NCBI GenBank assembly: GCA_963836185.1
Contig: CAWIIQ010000001.1
Location: 1,248,001 to 1,312,000 of the forward strand
Direction: 5' to 3'
Source of the DNA: Candidatus Krumholzibacteriia bacterium
GTDB lineage: Bacteria; Krumholzibacteriota; Krumholzibacteriia; Krumholzibacteriales; Krumholzibacteriaceae
DNA: 64,000 bases
Shown: positions 32,385 through 47,400 of the stretch, piece after piece
How the letters are laid out: each line of letters begins with the position of its first letter
How positions within the stretch are numbered: position 1 is the first letter of the stretch
Made by a program: the position numbers and the translations under genes
The notes under the pieces: generated by a model
Told to the model about the DNA's origin: nothing
Database searches by the model: none
What the model saw: the letters and a program-made list of their open reading frames with translations, nothing else

Positions 32385-32401
32385 CCCTGTATTGGTGAAT
32401 C

Positions 32402-35400
32402 ATGTCCGGACCGATTAATAAGGCTTCCTCTGGAAGACCGGCGCATAAGCCGGGCAAAAGGGCCCTGAAGGGGCTTATGCTCGCAGTATGCCTCATTCCG
32501 GGAATCCTCTTTTCCACGGCGGCATACGCTCAGCCGGGCAGCGGCACAGCCGCGATATTACCGGCGACAGATGTCGCGGCCGGATCCTCGGGGACCTGGA
32601 CCGTCACCTATCAGGCCGCCACGAATTTTTCGACAGGGGTCGTAAGGCTGACAATACCGGCAGGCTGGACGACACCGCAGATATCCTTGAGCTCCTCCGC
32701 GGGGTTTGTCACCGCGACAAGCCAGGGTGCACTTAACATCACTCCCATATCAATAGCGGGAAACAACATAACGGTCAATGTCGATACCTTGACAGCAGGC
32801 GAAACGGTCACGATCGTTTATGGAGCTCCTGCCGGGCCGGCAGATGCCCAGACACTAACTCAGTCCGGCGTCGAGTTCACAGTCGGGTCCAACCCTCTCG
32901 GTTCGTCGCCTTCTGATCTCACTGCCGGATCACCGACTCTGAACGTGGTGGCGGCGCCTGTCTCGAAACTTGTCTTCACTACTGCTGCCCAGACGGTAAA
33001 AGCTGGCGGAGAGAGCCAAGTCATGAGGGTCATGGCTTTCGACGAGTTCGACAATCCGTCACCGGTCGTTTCAGCCCAGGACGTTTCCCTGTCATCGACA
33101 TCGGGATCCGGGACCTTTTCGCATCTTCCCGCTGGAAGCTGGAGTGCGACGACTTCGGTCACGATATCGGCGGGAGAGGATACGGTCTCTTTCTATTACA
33201 GGGATACATTCCCTGGAGCCTACAATATCACCGCATCCGCGGACGGCCAGAGCTGGACCGATGCCCAGCAGACTGTAACGGTCGATCCGGGGGATGCGGC
33301 AAGCCTGGTCATCTCACCTGCTGATACGACGATCACGGCCGGAGAATTCGGCCGGTATATCCTTCGCACGATCGATATTATAGGGAACCCCAGCGCCCCT
33401 GCCGCGGATCAGACGATAACGCTGATCGCGGGCGGCGGCAGCTTCTATGACAAGGACGATCATGGTACGACCTTGACGGAGCTCGTGATCCCGTCGGGAT
33501 CGAGTGCGGCCGAGTTCGACTTCAGGCATACTATAAAGAATACCGGGGCCGGATACTTCCTCGTATTTCTCGACAATGACGGTGTCGCGCCTCTGCTCCA
33601 GTCGGACAACACTATAGTCTATATCGACAATGCGGCGGCTGATACGTCGGCCTCTTCAATCGAGACAGACGCGGCGACGGCCACCGCAGACGGTGTCGCT
33701 GAGATGGCTGTCACTGTGACGGTAAGGGATGAGTTCGGCAATCCCGTCCCAGGCGTCGCTGTAGTGCTTTCCATGACAGGTACGGGTAATGTGATCACAC
33801 AGCCTGGGGCAGTCACAGACGCGAGCGGTGTAGCGTCCGGATCGGTAAGATCGACAGTAGCCGAAGCCAAGAATATCCGCGCAACTGCGGATGGAACATA
33901 TCTCGAGGATATCATCCTGGTAACATTCACTGCCGGTCCTCTGGACCTTGCGGTATCGACGATAGGGGCTGTACCGCTGACGGTACCGGCGAACGGGACG
34001 GATATAACGACGGTGACTGTGACGGCCCGCGACGCCCAGGGGAACGCGGTGCCCGGGGCGGCTGTTGTGCTTGCGGCTACCGGCAGTGGCAACACGATAA
34101 CGCAGCCTGCGGTAGTGACGGACGCACTTGGGACAGCGACCGGGACGATATCGTCGACGGTGGCGGGGCTCAAGACAGTAAGCGCTACGATAAACGGATC
34201 GGCGCTGACGCCGACGGTGGATGTAGATTTTATAACGGGCACGTTCAGTCTGACAGAGTCCGAGATATCAGGGGACAAGTCTCTGGTGACAGCGGACGGA
34301 TCAGATGAGCTGACGGTGACGGTGACGGTAAGGGATGGAGAGGGGAACCCTGTAGCGGGTGCGGCGGTGACGCTGGAGGCGACCGGCACTGGCAATACGA
34401 TAACGGATCCTGGTCCTGTGACCGGAGTCGACGGGATAGCGACCGGGACGATATCGTCGACGGTGGCGGAGCAGAAGGTAGTGCGTGCTCTGATAGAGGG
34501 CTCGCAGATGGTCGACACTCTTGTCGTCGACTGGGAACACGGTCCTCTGGACCTTGCGGTATCGACGATAGGGGCTGTACCGCTGACGGTACCGGCGAAC
34601 GGGACGGATATAACGACGGTGACTGTGACGGCCCGCGACGCCCAGGGGAACGCGGTGCCCGGGGCGGCTGTTGTGCTTGCGGCTACCGGCAGTGGCAACA
34701 CGATAACGCAGCCTGCGGTAGTGACGGACGCACTTGGGACAGCGACCGGGACGATATCGTCGACGGTGGCGGGGCTCAAGACAGTAAGCGCTACGATAAA
34801 CGGATCGGCGCTGACGCCGACGGTGGATGTAGATTTTATAACGGGCACGTTCAGTCTGACAGAGTCCGAGATATCAGGGGACAAGTCTCTGGTGACAGCG
34901 GACGGATCAGATGAGCTGACGGTGACGGTGACGGTAAGGGATGGAGAGGGGAACCCTGTAGCGGGTGCGGCGGTGACGCTGGAGGCGACCGGCACTGGCA
35001 ATACGATAACGGATCCTGGTCCTGTGACCGGAGTCGACGGGATAGCGACCGGGACGATATCGTCGACGGTGGCGGAGCAGAAGGTAGTGCGTGCTCTGAT
35101 AGAGGGCTCGCAGATGGTCGACACTCTTGTCGTCGACTGGGAACACGGTCCTCTGGACCTTGCGGTATCGACGATAGGGGCTGTACCGCTGACGGTACCG
35201 GCGAACGGGACGGATATAACGACGGTGACTGTGACGGCCCGCGACGCCCAGGGGAACGCGGTGCCCGGGGCGGCTGTTGTGCTTGCGGCTACCGGCAGTG
35301 GCAACACGATAACGCAGCCTGCGGTAGTGACGGACGCACTTGGGACAGCGACCGGGACGATATCGTCGACGGTGGCGGGGCTCAAGACAGTAAGCGCTAC

Positions 35401-38400
35401 GATAAACGGATCGGCGCTGACGCCGACGGTGGATGTAGATTTTATAACGGGCACGTTCAGTCTGACAGAGTCCGAGATATCAGGGGACAAGTCTCTGGTG
35501 ACAGCGGACGGATCAGATGAGCTGACGGTGACGGTGACGGTAAGGGATGGAGAGGGGAACCCTGTAGCGGGTGCGGCGGTGACGCTGGAGGCGACCGGCA
35601 CTGGCAATACGATAACGGATCCTGGTCCTGTGACCGGAGTCGACGGGATAGCGACCGGGACGATATCGTCGACGGTGGCGGAGCAGAAGGTAGTGCGTGC
35701 TCTGATAGAGGGCTCGCAGATGGTCGACACTCTTGTCGTCGACTGGGAACACGGTCCTCTGGACCTTGCGGTATCGACGATAGGGGCTGTACCGCTGACG
35801 GTACCGGCGAACGGGACGGATATAACGACGGTGACTGTGACGGCCCGCGACGCCCAGGGGAACGCGGTGCCCGGGGCGGCTGTTGTGCTTGCGGCTACCG
35901 GCAGTGGCAACACGATAACGCAGCCTGCGGTAGTGACGGACGCACTTGGGACAGCGACCGGGACGATATCGTCGACGGTGGCGGGGCTCAAGACAGTAAG
36001 CGCTACGATAAACGGATCGGCGCTGACGCCGACGGTGGATGTAGATTTTATAACGGGCACGTTCAGTCTGACAGAGTCCGAGATATCAGGGGACAAGTCT
36101 CTGGTGACAGCGGACGGATCAGATGAGCTGACGGTGACGGTGACGGTAAGGGATGGAGAGGGGAACCCTGTAGCGGGTGCGGCGGTGACGCTGGAGGCGA
36201 CCGGCACTGGCAATACGATAACGGATCCTGGTCCTGTGACCGGAGTCGACGGGATAGCGACCGGGACGATATCGTCGACGGTGGCGGAGCAGAAGGTAGT
36301 GCGTGCTCTGATAGAGGGCTCGCAGATGGTCGACACTCTTGTCGTCGACTGGGAACACGGTCCTCTGGACCTTGCGGTATCGACGATAGGGGCTGTACCG
36401 CTGACGGTACCGGCGAACGGGACGGATATAACGACGGTGACTGTGACGGCCCGCGACGCCCAGGGGAACGCGGTGCCCGGGGCGGCTGTTGTGCTTGCGG
36501 CTACCGGCAGTGGCAACACGATAACGCAGCCTGCGGTAGTGACGGACGCACTTGGGACAGCGACCGGGACGATATCGTCGACGGTGGCGGGGCTCAAGAC
36601 AGTAAGCGCTACGATAAACGGATCGGCGCTGACGCCGACGGTGGATGTAGATTTTATAACGGGCACGTTCAGTCTGACAGAGTCCGAGATATCAGGGGAC
36701 AAGTCTCTGGTGACAGCGGACGGATCAGATGAGCTGACGGTGACGGTGACGGTAAGGGATGGAGAGGGGAACCCTGTAGCGGGTGCGGCGGTGACGCTGG
36801 AGGCGACCGGCACTGGCAATACGATAACGGATCCTGGTCCTGTGACCGGAGTCGACGGGATAGCGACCGGGACGATATCGTCGACGGTGGCGGAGCAGAA
36901 GGTAGTGCGTGCTCTGATAGAGGGCTCGCAGATGGTCGACACTCTTGTCGTCGACTGGGAACACGGTCCTCTGGACCTTGCGGTATCGACGATAGGGGCT
37001 GTACCGCTGACGGTACCGGCGAACGGGACGGATATAACGACGGTGACTGTGACGGCCCGCGACGCCCAGGGGAACGCGGTGCCCGGGGCGGCTGTTGTGC
37101 TTGCGGCTACCGGCAGTGGCAACACGATAACGCAGCCTGCGGTAGTGACGGACGCACTTGGGACAGCGACCGGGACGATATCGTCGACGGTGGCGGGGCT
37201 CAAGACAGTAAGCGCTACGATAAACGGATCGGCGCTGACGCCGACGGTGGATGTAGATTTTATAACGGGCACGTTCAGTCTGACAGAGTCCGAGATATCA
37301 GGGGACAAGTCTCTGGTGACAGCGGACGGATCAGATGAGCTGACGGTGACGGTGACGGTAAGGGATGGAGAGGGGAACCCTGTAGCGGGTGCGGCGGTGA
37401 CGCTGGAGGCGACCGGCACTGGCAATACGATAACGGATCCTGGTCCTGTGACCGGAGTCGACGGGATAGCGACCGGGACGATATCGTCGACGGTGGCGGA
37501 GCAGAAGGTAGTGCGTGCTCTGATAGAGGGCTCGCAGATGGTCGACACTCTTGTCGTCGACTGGGAACACGGTCCTCTGGACCTTGCGGTATCGACGATA
37601 GGGGCTGTACCGCTGACGGTACCGGCGAACGGGACGGATATAACGACGGTGACTGTGACGGCCCGCGACGCCCAGGGGAACGCGGTGCCCGGGGCGGCTG
37701 TTGTGCTTGCGGCTACCGGCAGTGGCAACACGATAACGCAGCCTGCGGTAGTGACGGACGCACTTGGGACAGCGACCGGGACGATATCGTCGACGGTGGC
37801 GGGGCTCAAGACAGTAAGCGCTACGATAAACGGATCGGCGCTGACGCCGACGGTGGATGTAGATTTTCTGACAGGATCGTTTGACATCGCTCTCTCCTTT
37901 ATGGATGGAGACAAGAACGAGGTCACGGCCGACGACGTGGACGCGCTGGGTGTTACTGTCATGGTGCGTGACCAGTATGACAATCCTGTGGTGGGAGCAG
38001 CCGTGACGCTGGAGGCGACCGGCACTGCCAATACAATAGTACAGCCTGTAGGTGGGACAGACATCGACGGGAAAGCGGATGGGACCATCAGTTCCACATT
38101 CGCCGAACGGAAGGTAATAAGGGCCCGTATCGGGACCGTGCAGATAACAGATACGCTGGTGGTCGACTGGGTGCCCGGGCCCGTGGACCTCGATCGCTCC
38201 CAGATATTCTCCGATGTGGACACTGTGACAGCCGATGGATCGGACAACTGCCGCATAACGGTAGTCGTCCGGGACGCGAATGACAATCCGATCGGCGGCG
38301 CCTCAGTAAATCTCCAGGCGGACGATACGGGCGGCAACAATACATACTTCCAGCCGGTCGACGACTCGAACGAATTTGGTATCGCGGTCGGATGGATCAG

Positions 38401-41400
38401 CTCGACCTACGCTGAGATAAAGACTGTAAGTGCTACAATAAATGGCTTTACGATGAGCGGCACGCGTGATGTCGCATTCGTGGCCGGAGAGCCGGACAGG
38501 TTTGTAATAACCCATGATGGATCGGGGACCGCGGGCGCTCCGGAAGAGATCTCGATCGAGATATTCGACGCGAATGACAATACCGTCGACTGGTTCGACG
38601 ATATCATACGTGTCTATACGGACAGTCCCGAGATAACGGATATGATCGACTGGGCCCTCGGCCCTGGAGCTTCGGGCAGTATAAGTGAGTCCGGGGATAC
38701 GGTCAGTTACGACTTCTCCGTGGCAGACAATGGAAGGGTAGTGCTGGGATTCCGTGATGAGAAGGCTGAGACTGTCTATTTCACTGCCAGGTACGGTTCC
38801 GTGATCGATCAGTCGGTGCTGTCGATGACGATCGCTCCCGCCCAAGCGGACAGCATCTTCATCATCGCGGGGAACGGTCAGCGTGCCGTTGTCGATCAGG
38901 CTGTGGCGCAGCCGCTGACAGTCGGCGTCGAGGACGCGTTCGGTAACCGGGTACCATCCCATGCCGTCAGGTTCCATGTCACAGCCGGCGCCGGTATGAT
39001 CGATGTCGATACTTCCTCACCGCCCGACGATCAGGAATGGACAGTGACCGATGGCGCGGGAGTCGCCGTATGTGATTCGTGGATACTCGGAACGGTAAGC
39101 GGGGAAGGCTCGGATGAAGCAAGCGCCTCGATCCCGTTCGGTTCGACCGATGAAGTGTTTTTTACCGCGACGACCGATCATGATGAACTGGCATCGGTAG
39201 TACTGGCCCCGGCTGTCGCCGGTGTCACGGTCAACAGCAACCTGATCGTGACCGCTACGATGAGGGATCAGTTTAACAACCTCGTTGTCGGCGAAAACCT
39301 CACGATCTTCATAAAGGATGCCGCTGACGGTACCCTCTCGGAAGATACGGGAAACGCGAATGCGACAGTTCCTCTGGGACCCGGTATCCGTTCCGGATCG
39401 AGCGATTCCACCGGAACAGTCACAGTCCAGTACAATTCGCCGGCTGCCGCGGGACTTTCGGACATCGTCGACGCTTCTCATGCCGTGTTGACAGCGGACC
39501 AGATAGCCGATGCTGTATACACCTCCGTCGCCAGTGGAGCTACCAAGCTTATTGTGACCGATATCACCGGCCAGCCCTCACAGGCGGGGACCGTATTCTC
39601 TTTCAGAGTGAGAGCGGTCGACAGCAACGACAACCTCGATCCGACAAATACAAGCCATATAGTGCTTGTACCCGAGGCTGGAGGAGGACTGATATTCAGC
39701 TCCGATATCGGATTAGTCCCGGCGATCACAGAAATCGATCTCATCAATGGCGAGTACCTCCTCTACGCAATGGGCACGGCCACCGGTGACTGGAACATCG
39801 ATGTGATAGATTCTCCTTCGAGCCTTACCGATGCGGCTTTCACGGCGTCAATTACGGCCAACGATAATGTCCATCACTATGCGATAACAGCGCCTGCTGT
39901 TGCGACGGCAGGTATCGATTTCCCTGTATCCCTCGAGGCGAGGGACGAATGGAACAACCTCGTTACAACGGCAAATTATGATATCGACCTTCGCGCAGTG
40001 CAGCCTGTTGACACTGCAGCAGCCGCGGGCGCGGCACTGAATATTACCGCCGGCGCTATCAGCAACGGCCGCTTCTCTGAAGATAATCTCAGGTATGACC
40101 TCGCCGAACCGATCAGGGTGGAGATCAGAGATGACAGCACCTCGGTCGTCGGCGTCAGCGGGGTCGTCGATATCGGTCACGCTCCCGCGTGGCAGATAGT
40201 GGAGGTCTCTGGAGATACGACAGGAGTGGCTGCCGGGAGCCTTGTACTGCTCAGCATGAGAGTTCTCGACAGTTTCGGCAACCCGGTGGGGGGTGAGACG
40301 GTCTCATTCAGCATACTGGAAGGCGGAGGCGGTCTCGGCGCGCTGCAGGGTGTGACCGGCGTGGACGGAATGACATCTGTCTCATACACGACTGGAGTGA
40401 TCGCGGGAACGAACAGGGTAAGGGCAGCGATACTCGATGGAAATCCCGAAGGTCTCGAGACGCGTGAATTCGTCATAGAGACTGTTCCCCAGGGAGCCAT
40501 CGCGTATGTACTCCTCGATATCACGGGAGACACTTTCGAGGCTGGTGAAGAGTTCACCGTCCACGTCACTGCTTACGATCTGAACAACAATCCCATAACC
40601 ACGGATAACTCTACCAGGCTCATACCAGTCGCCCAGACTCTCTCTGTAGTTTTCAATCCCGATACGTTGCAGCTCTCGTCAGGCGAGGCTTCGTTCACGG
40701 CAACGGATACTGTGATGGGTACGAACAGGATATTCATCGAAGAGCTTTCGGGGGTGACGCGCGGAGGGAGCAGTGACCTGACTATTACGGCGGGACCCGC
40801 GTACGAGCTCGTCAAGGTAAGCGGGGATACGACTGGTGTTATCTCGGGAGACACGACAGAGGTGCTGGTCCGGGTGGCCGATATGTACGGCAACCCTGTG
40901 CAGAACGAGACGGTGAGATTCCTGATAACGAGTAATCTCGGCGGCAGCCCGTCACTGATCGATGAAACAGGTGCCCCCGGTGATGGCCTTGTGCTCAGCG
41001 CAGCGAACGGCACGGCCGCGTGCAGGCTTGTTACTGACACGAATTACGGCACGAACAATGTGCTGACCACGATACTTGATGGAACACCGGAAAGGGAGAC
41101 TGCTACCTTCGATGTAGAGACTACCGCAGGCACCATCCAAAGATACACGTTGGTACCGGTCGGAACGATCCATACCGCCGGAGAGAGCTTCGACGTTGAG
41201 ATAACCGGCTATGACCTCAATGACAATGTCGCTGAAGGCGATTTTACGACCGTTGTAGATCTCGGGAGCGATGGAACAGCCGTGTGGGCGGAGAATCCTG
41301 TGACCCTGAACAACGGAAGGTACACCGTCAGCGTCTCGGAAAACGCCGCGGGTCCGCTTGTCCTGCATGCTGAGACCCAGGGCGGAGGAGCGCTCAGTAA

Positions 41401-44400
41401 CAGCGAGACGATCATGATCGTTCCGGAGCTTCCTTCAGGAGACATATGGATCGCCTCGATCAATCCCGATACGATCACTGCGGATGGAATGAGCCAGTCG
41501 GCGATCGAGACTGAGCCAGTATTCGATATCTACGGAAACGTCGTGCCCGAGAGGACTCTGGTAACTGTTTCGACTACCGGCGGCTCCGTAGCAAGCGAGG
41601 ATCTCGATCTGACAGAGCCCGGTGTCCAGAGAGAGACGGCCCAGAACGGGGTAGTTTCAGTCTTCGTCAGGTCCGGGATCACGCCGGGAGATTACGATGT
41701 AGATTTTGCCAGCGTTGAGGGATCTGCGACGGGTGACACAGTACTGACTTTCGCGCCTCCCCCCGCTGTGGCCTACGCCGATTCGATATATCCGATCTAC
41801 GCGGTGCCTGGATCGGACCTCCACTTCAGCGTCCGCATGACAAACACGAGCCCTACCAGGGTTCTCCTCGGCGCTGCGAGCAAGATCTCGTTCAGTGACG
41901 GAATCGGACATGAATTCGAAGCTGAACTGGGTTCCAGTCTCAGCCTCAACAGACTTGAGACGGCTGACCTGATATTTACCGAGACCACGATGCACCCGAT
42001 GTTCGAACCGGGAACATATTCACCGAGGATCTCACTGATCGGTACCGATGAATACGGATCGGCCTACACGGCGGGATTCGATGCCGGTGCCAACTCAGTG
42101 AGTGTATCTAGTATCGAGATCAGCAGTATCCTGCCCCTCAAGACCGTTGTGAGCAGGGGGGATACCGCAATAGTCAACGTGAACATCACTAATACAGGCG
42201 GAGCGGTAGTAAGGATACAGGAGATAGATCTTCTGTTCGCGTCCGGAAGTTATCTCGCTTTGCCCGATTCTACTTTCCCGGAACTGCCCGATACTCTGCC
42301 CGCCGGACTCAGCAGGACATATGCTCTAAAGACGATTGTGCTGCCGAACTGCCCGCTCGGTGTGGATACGATCGATGCCCAGGTGACCGCACGGGTCAAC
42401 GGCTATGAAGTCACAGACCTGACTGCTGATCATAACGTAGCGACCTGGACGGTCCAGTCCTCCGCTCTTATCTCTTATGAAGCTGGTACGCTCGCTCCGA
42501 TGGTCGTCTCTTCGGGGCAGGCTCATTCGTTCACTCTCGATCTCCTGAACTCTGGAGAAGCCGCGGTGATCCTCGATGCCGGCCTGACCACGTTATCATT
42601 TAACGATGGAACGGAGACATACGCTGTTGCTCTCGCCTCAGAAGGAGCGCTGCCGGGCGGAGCGGTCTCCGACCTGATATTCCCAGAGACCTCGATACCC
42701 GCCGGGATGAGTGCGGGAGCCTGGGAGGTGACCGTGGTGCTGAGCGGGACCGAGAACGGCGGCGAGTTCGATACCTCGTTCGTGCTGAGCGATCCGGTGA
42801 CGGTCGTAAGCCCGGCTGCTGTCAGTTATAACACCTCGTCACTCTCACCCTCGACCGTGAGCAAGAACAGCTCGGTGGCGTTCGAGGTCGGAATAAACAA
42901 CACCGGGGGCGCGGATGTCTTTCTCGATCCGGCTGCCACGACTTTCGAACTGGATGATGGCGCTACGACTTACATTGCTTATCTGGACGGCGCACGGAAT
43001 AATCTGCTGGCGCCAGGCGAAAATACGATATGGTTTGAAGCTGTCACGATCCCGCCAGGGTTTATTACAAACAGTTACACGCCGGTCATAGAACTGTCCG
43101 GTACGGAGAACGGCCTGCCATTCGCCGCGCAGCCTCCCGTTTCCGATGCGGTCTCTGTGCAGGATGCCTCGCAGCTTGCAATAAACAGCACCGAGATCTT
43201 ACTGACTGACCTGTTCACTGCTGACCAGACCGGATTCAGGATTGCTCAGATAAGGGTCGCCAACAATGGAGAAGCTGAGGTCAGGCTGGACAGCCTCGAT
43301 GTCAGGTTCTACATCGGCGGGAGCGAAGTCACTGGCGAGTATGTGTTGAGTCCCCTGCCGGATGTGGCGGGGATCCAGGTGCCCGGCGGAGCTGACACTC
43401 TCGTAAGGATGATGTTCGAAGATGGCGCCGGACCTGCGACGACAGGGACCGTGACTGTCGAGTCGTCCCTGTGGGGAACGGATCTCAACAGCATGGGTGA
43501 GCTGGAAGTGACGACTGAATACGGCGGCAAGGGGAGCTTCACAGTTCAGACACCCTCGGTCCTGGCAGTCGACCATGTCATCGCTTCGGTGACAGAGGCG
43601 ACGGCCGGCCAGGACAGGGACTGGGTTGTCGATGTGATAGTACGAAATGACGGGGAGTCAGACCTTGATCTGAATCTGGCAGCGACTGCCCTTACATTCT
43701 CGACTTCCGGTGATTTCACCGTCATCCCGCCGGCGGAGCTGGCAGGGGGCGGGATCACGCTCGAGGGAGAATCGTCCGATACATTGAGTTTTATTGTGGA
43801 TATTACAGGCTCAGTTTCCGGCAACTGCAGTGTGAACATGACTGCAAATGGAACTGAGATAAACTCAGCCAGGAATCTCGGTCCGGTCAGCGCCGACCCG
43901 GCTGACGCCGCTTCAGTGGATATCCAGGGTGAAGCGCTGCTGCAGGTCGTGTCCGTTACGGCTCTTCAGGATCCCGTGACTGTCGGCCAGTCTAACGAAT
44001 GGTCGATCGATATGGTCGTCATCAATGGCGGCGGATCGAGCGTGACGCTCGACCTCGACAGTTTCGATTCGACGTTTGTCGCGGTAGATGGAGGGATTGG
44101 TTTTGCCTTCACGCGGCCGACCGAGATACTCGAGGGAGGCCTGTCTCTCGAGGCGGGGGAGACGGGGACTCTGAGGTTTATTGTAAATACGACTGGATCG
44201 GTGCCTGCCGGAGCTACGGCACTCTCAGGAAGCATCATCGGCACCGAGGACAACAGCGGCTCCAGGGTATACGACGGGATAACAGGTCCTGTGGGAATCA
44301 ACTCGATGCTCTTTGAGGAGCGTCCCGTTCCTCAGTACACCCTCGACAGCCTCACTCCGACTGTAGCGAGCACGGGCTCGGATATCGGTATCCAGTTAGG

Positions 44401-47400
44401 GATATTCAGCGATGACCCTGATCACGCGACAATTATCCTCGACAGGGATAGGACAGTTGTGTGGTTCGGCGACGCGGACGGCGACACATTCCGGACCGAC
44501 CTCTCGGCTGTTTCTCCCGTGACGTTGGCTGGTGGATCGGACACTACCCTGACATTCAACAGCGCACCGGTCTCCGTGGATCTCGAGAGGATCGCCTACA
44601 TCGTCGGTATCCATCTCGAAGGAACGGAGAACGGGAATCCGTTCACTGCCGATATAACGACATCACCCGATACGATCGAAATCGAAGAAGCATCCCAGCT
44701 CGCCATAAGCAGCATAGTGGTGCCACAGAGTGTCACAGCGATCGAACAGCCTGACTGGGAAGTCCGCATGATCATCCGGAACACCGGCGAGGCTTCCGTG
44801 AGGCTGGTGCTTGATTCCGATTTAACCGATATCTCCTTCACGATGGCGGGAGTCGGAGACAGGACATACGAATACGAACCTATCGTCCGGCCGATGGAGC
44901 TTTCCGGCCTCGGCGGTGTTGTACTGCCCGGTGGGCAGACCGATACCCTCGTCTTCGGGATTACGACTACCGGGAGCACGACAGGGACAGCGTTAGTCAA
45001 CGGAATTGTCACGGCAGTTGACATCAACAGCAGCGAGATACTCACGGACGATACGTATACCGGCGGCGGCAGCTACATGGCCATTCAGTCCCCTGCGGCC
45101 CCAGTAGTGCTCGAAACTATCGCGAGCCAGGATTCGGTCACATCCGGTCAGACGACGCCGTGGAACGTGACCGTGCTGGTAAGGAACGACGGAGAGGCTG
45201 CGATGACTCTTCAGCCCGGTATCACGTCAATATATGCCTCTCCATACACCCTGACCGTACCGGTGCCTCCTGCCTCATTTGTCGAGGGCGGGACCGTGCT
45301 GGCAGCGGGCGAGGAAGGGCACCTCGCGTTCGGGATAACGCCGACGCCGTCGGTACCGGCAGGAGACGACCTGACCATCAATACCATTGCCATCTTCTCT
45401 GAAGACAACAGCGGCATTTCCCGTATGTTCGATACCGGAGCGGAGGGAAGCGGTTATGGCAGCGTCAGGGTCCAGGCTCCAGCCGATATTCATATAGTCG
45501 CTCTGACCGGTAACGCGCCGAGACAGCCATTCGTGAATATGGATCAGAGCTTCCCGCTCGCCGTTGAGATCATCAACTCCGGTGAAGCGGCGGCAGAGCT
45601 CGTCAGCACAGATCTTACGGGTGACGGTACGTCGATCATCCTCAATTCCCCCGTGACTTTCGGAACGATCGCGGGGGGAGAGACCCTCATAGATACCTTC
45701 AGGGTCACCGCCGCTGACGTGGCGGGATCAGAGGACTTCACCTCTTCGATAATCTCCGCGACTGATGTTAACTCTGGACAGGACGATCTTGTTACAGTGT
45801 CGTCGGGAGACGATACGACAGAGACGATGACGATACAGGAACCCGCCGGTCTGGCTGTGACCTCTGTCCAGACATCCCAGGATGAGCTCAATGCCGGCCA
45901 GACAGCCGACTGGACGATACGTCTGAATTTGACCAACAACGGTGATGCGCCGACGACGATCGATGTCCCGTCTCCGGATGACATGGAGTTCCTTGATTCA
46001 GGCAGCGGGTTCCCGCTGAGCGGCTACCTTGTCGTGCCGCCTGTCGATTTCGGCTCGGGCACACCGGGATGGACCCTCGATGGTGGCGAGACAGATTCGC
46101 TGATCTATATCGTATCTACTACCGGCACCGATACAGGCATCGTGGATATCAACGCGGACGTCTCATGGGTAGACGAGAACGATCCGGGGGCAGGGGCGTC
46201 GATATCGAGCGGAAATGCAACTGTACATGTGCACGAACCATCCGGCCTGAGAATAATCTCAGTAACGAGCAACGCGCCGAACAACACCCTTATCCCCAAC
46301 ACGTCTATAGTCAACGAGGGCCAGATTTTCAACGTGACCGTTACGGTAGAGAACACGGGCGGTGACGACCTGAGAGACATAGTCATGTCCATCACGTCCA
46401 ACGGCCCCGCTTCCATAACCGAGACGGTGTCGACGCCCGATCTGCCGAACGAAACCTCTGGAGATTTCGTCTACGAAGTCTATTCTCCGGCTGCGGGCGT
46501 GGAGATACTCACGGCGGAGATCACAGAAGCATACTCGGTCAATACAGGTGAGCCTGTTTCTCCGATCCAGGCCGTCGAGTCAGCCGAGAACCTTCAGGTA
46601 CAGGTCCCTGCCGCGCTGGTGACTTCGACCTACGTGCTTTCACCGGCAGGCGCGGTTGACGATACCGTCTCGACCGATCAGCAGTTCGTGTTCGCGGCCA
46701 TGGTGGAGAACACGGGGCAGGCGGAGATCGACGCCACCGGGCAGATCACGCTTTCTCTGCCCGCTGGATTCACACGGGTAAATCCGGGTACAGAATCGCT
46801 CACGATGTCGTTCGCCGCGGGACAACAGATCACGTGGACGCTCCAGGCACCTGCCGCCGCATCGGTTTCGCCGGAGCCGGTGACCGTTTCGATAACGAGT
46901 ACACCAAATGATATAAATATAGCATCAGCCTCCTTCGTGCAGAAGGACGCCGATACCGTTTCAGTAATGACCGAGGATGCCGCTGTGATAGCCGGCTGCC
47001 TGGCAGTCGTCTCAGACCCCTCTGGAGCCAGAGACCTGGTTCTTTCCTCGAATCAGGATTTCATCGTGACGTTCACCGCCATTCCTTCCGGAAACTCGGG
47101 GTCGAATACAGCTACGATAACGCTGCCGGCGGGATTCACGACGGCCGGCAACCAGACGATCCAGCTCGGAACCGGTGATGGCACCGAGAAGACAGCTGAA
47201 TGGGCAGTCACCGCCCCTGGGTTTATCTCGACGGCAAACGGGATATCTGTCTCGACGGCGGGTACGGATGATAACTCCGGGATCTCCTTCTCCGGGTGTA
47301 CGCACGAAATATACGTGGATATCGTAAGCAGGGCCGTGCTCAACCTCACGGCGATGATTTCGGGTCCTCCCGAGGCCGTTGATGGAAACCTCTCGGTCGG

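Noticed and set aside
33934-37867. Repeat array as CRISPR or mobile element
   Set aside because: No spacers, unit length is a multiple of 3 inside a coding frame, and there are no cas or transposase genes.
33619-38340. 1573-aa minus-strand ORF and six identical 79-aa minus-strand ORFs
   Set aside because: Antisense shadows of the repeated adhesin: one stop-free unit repeated gives a long ORF, and its composition mirrors the sense codons.
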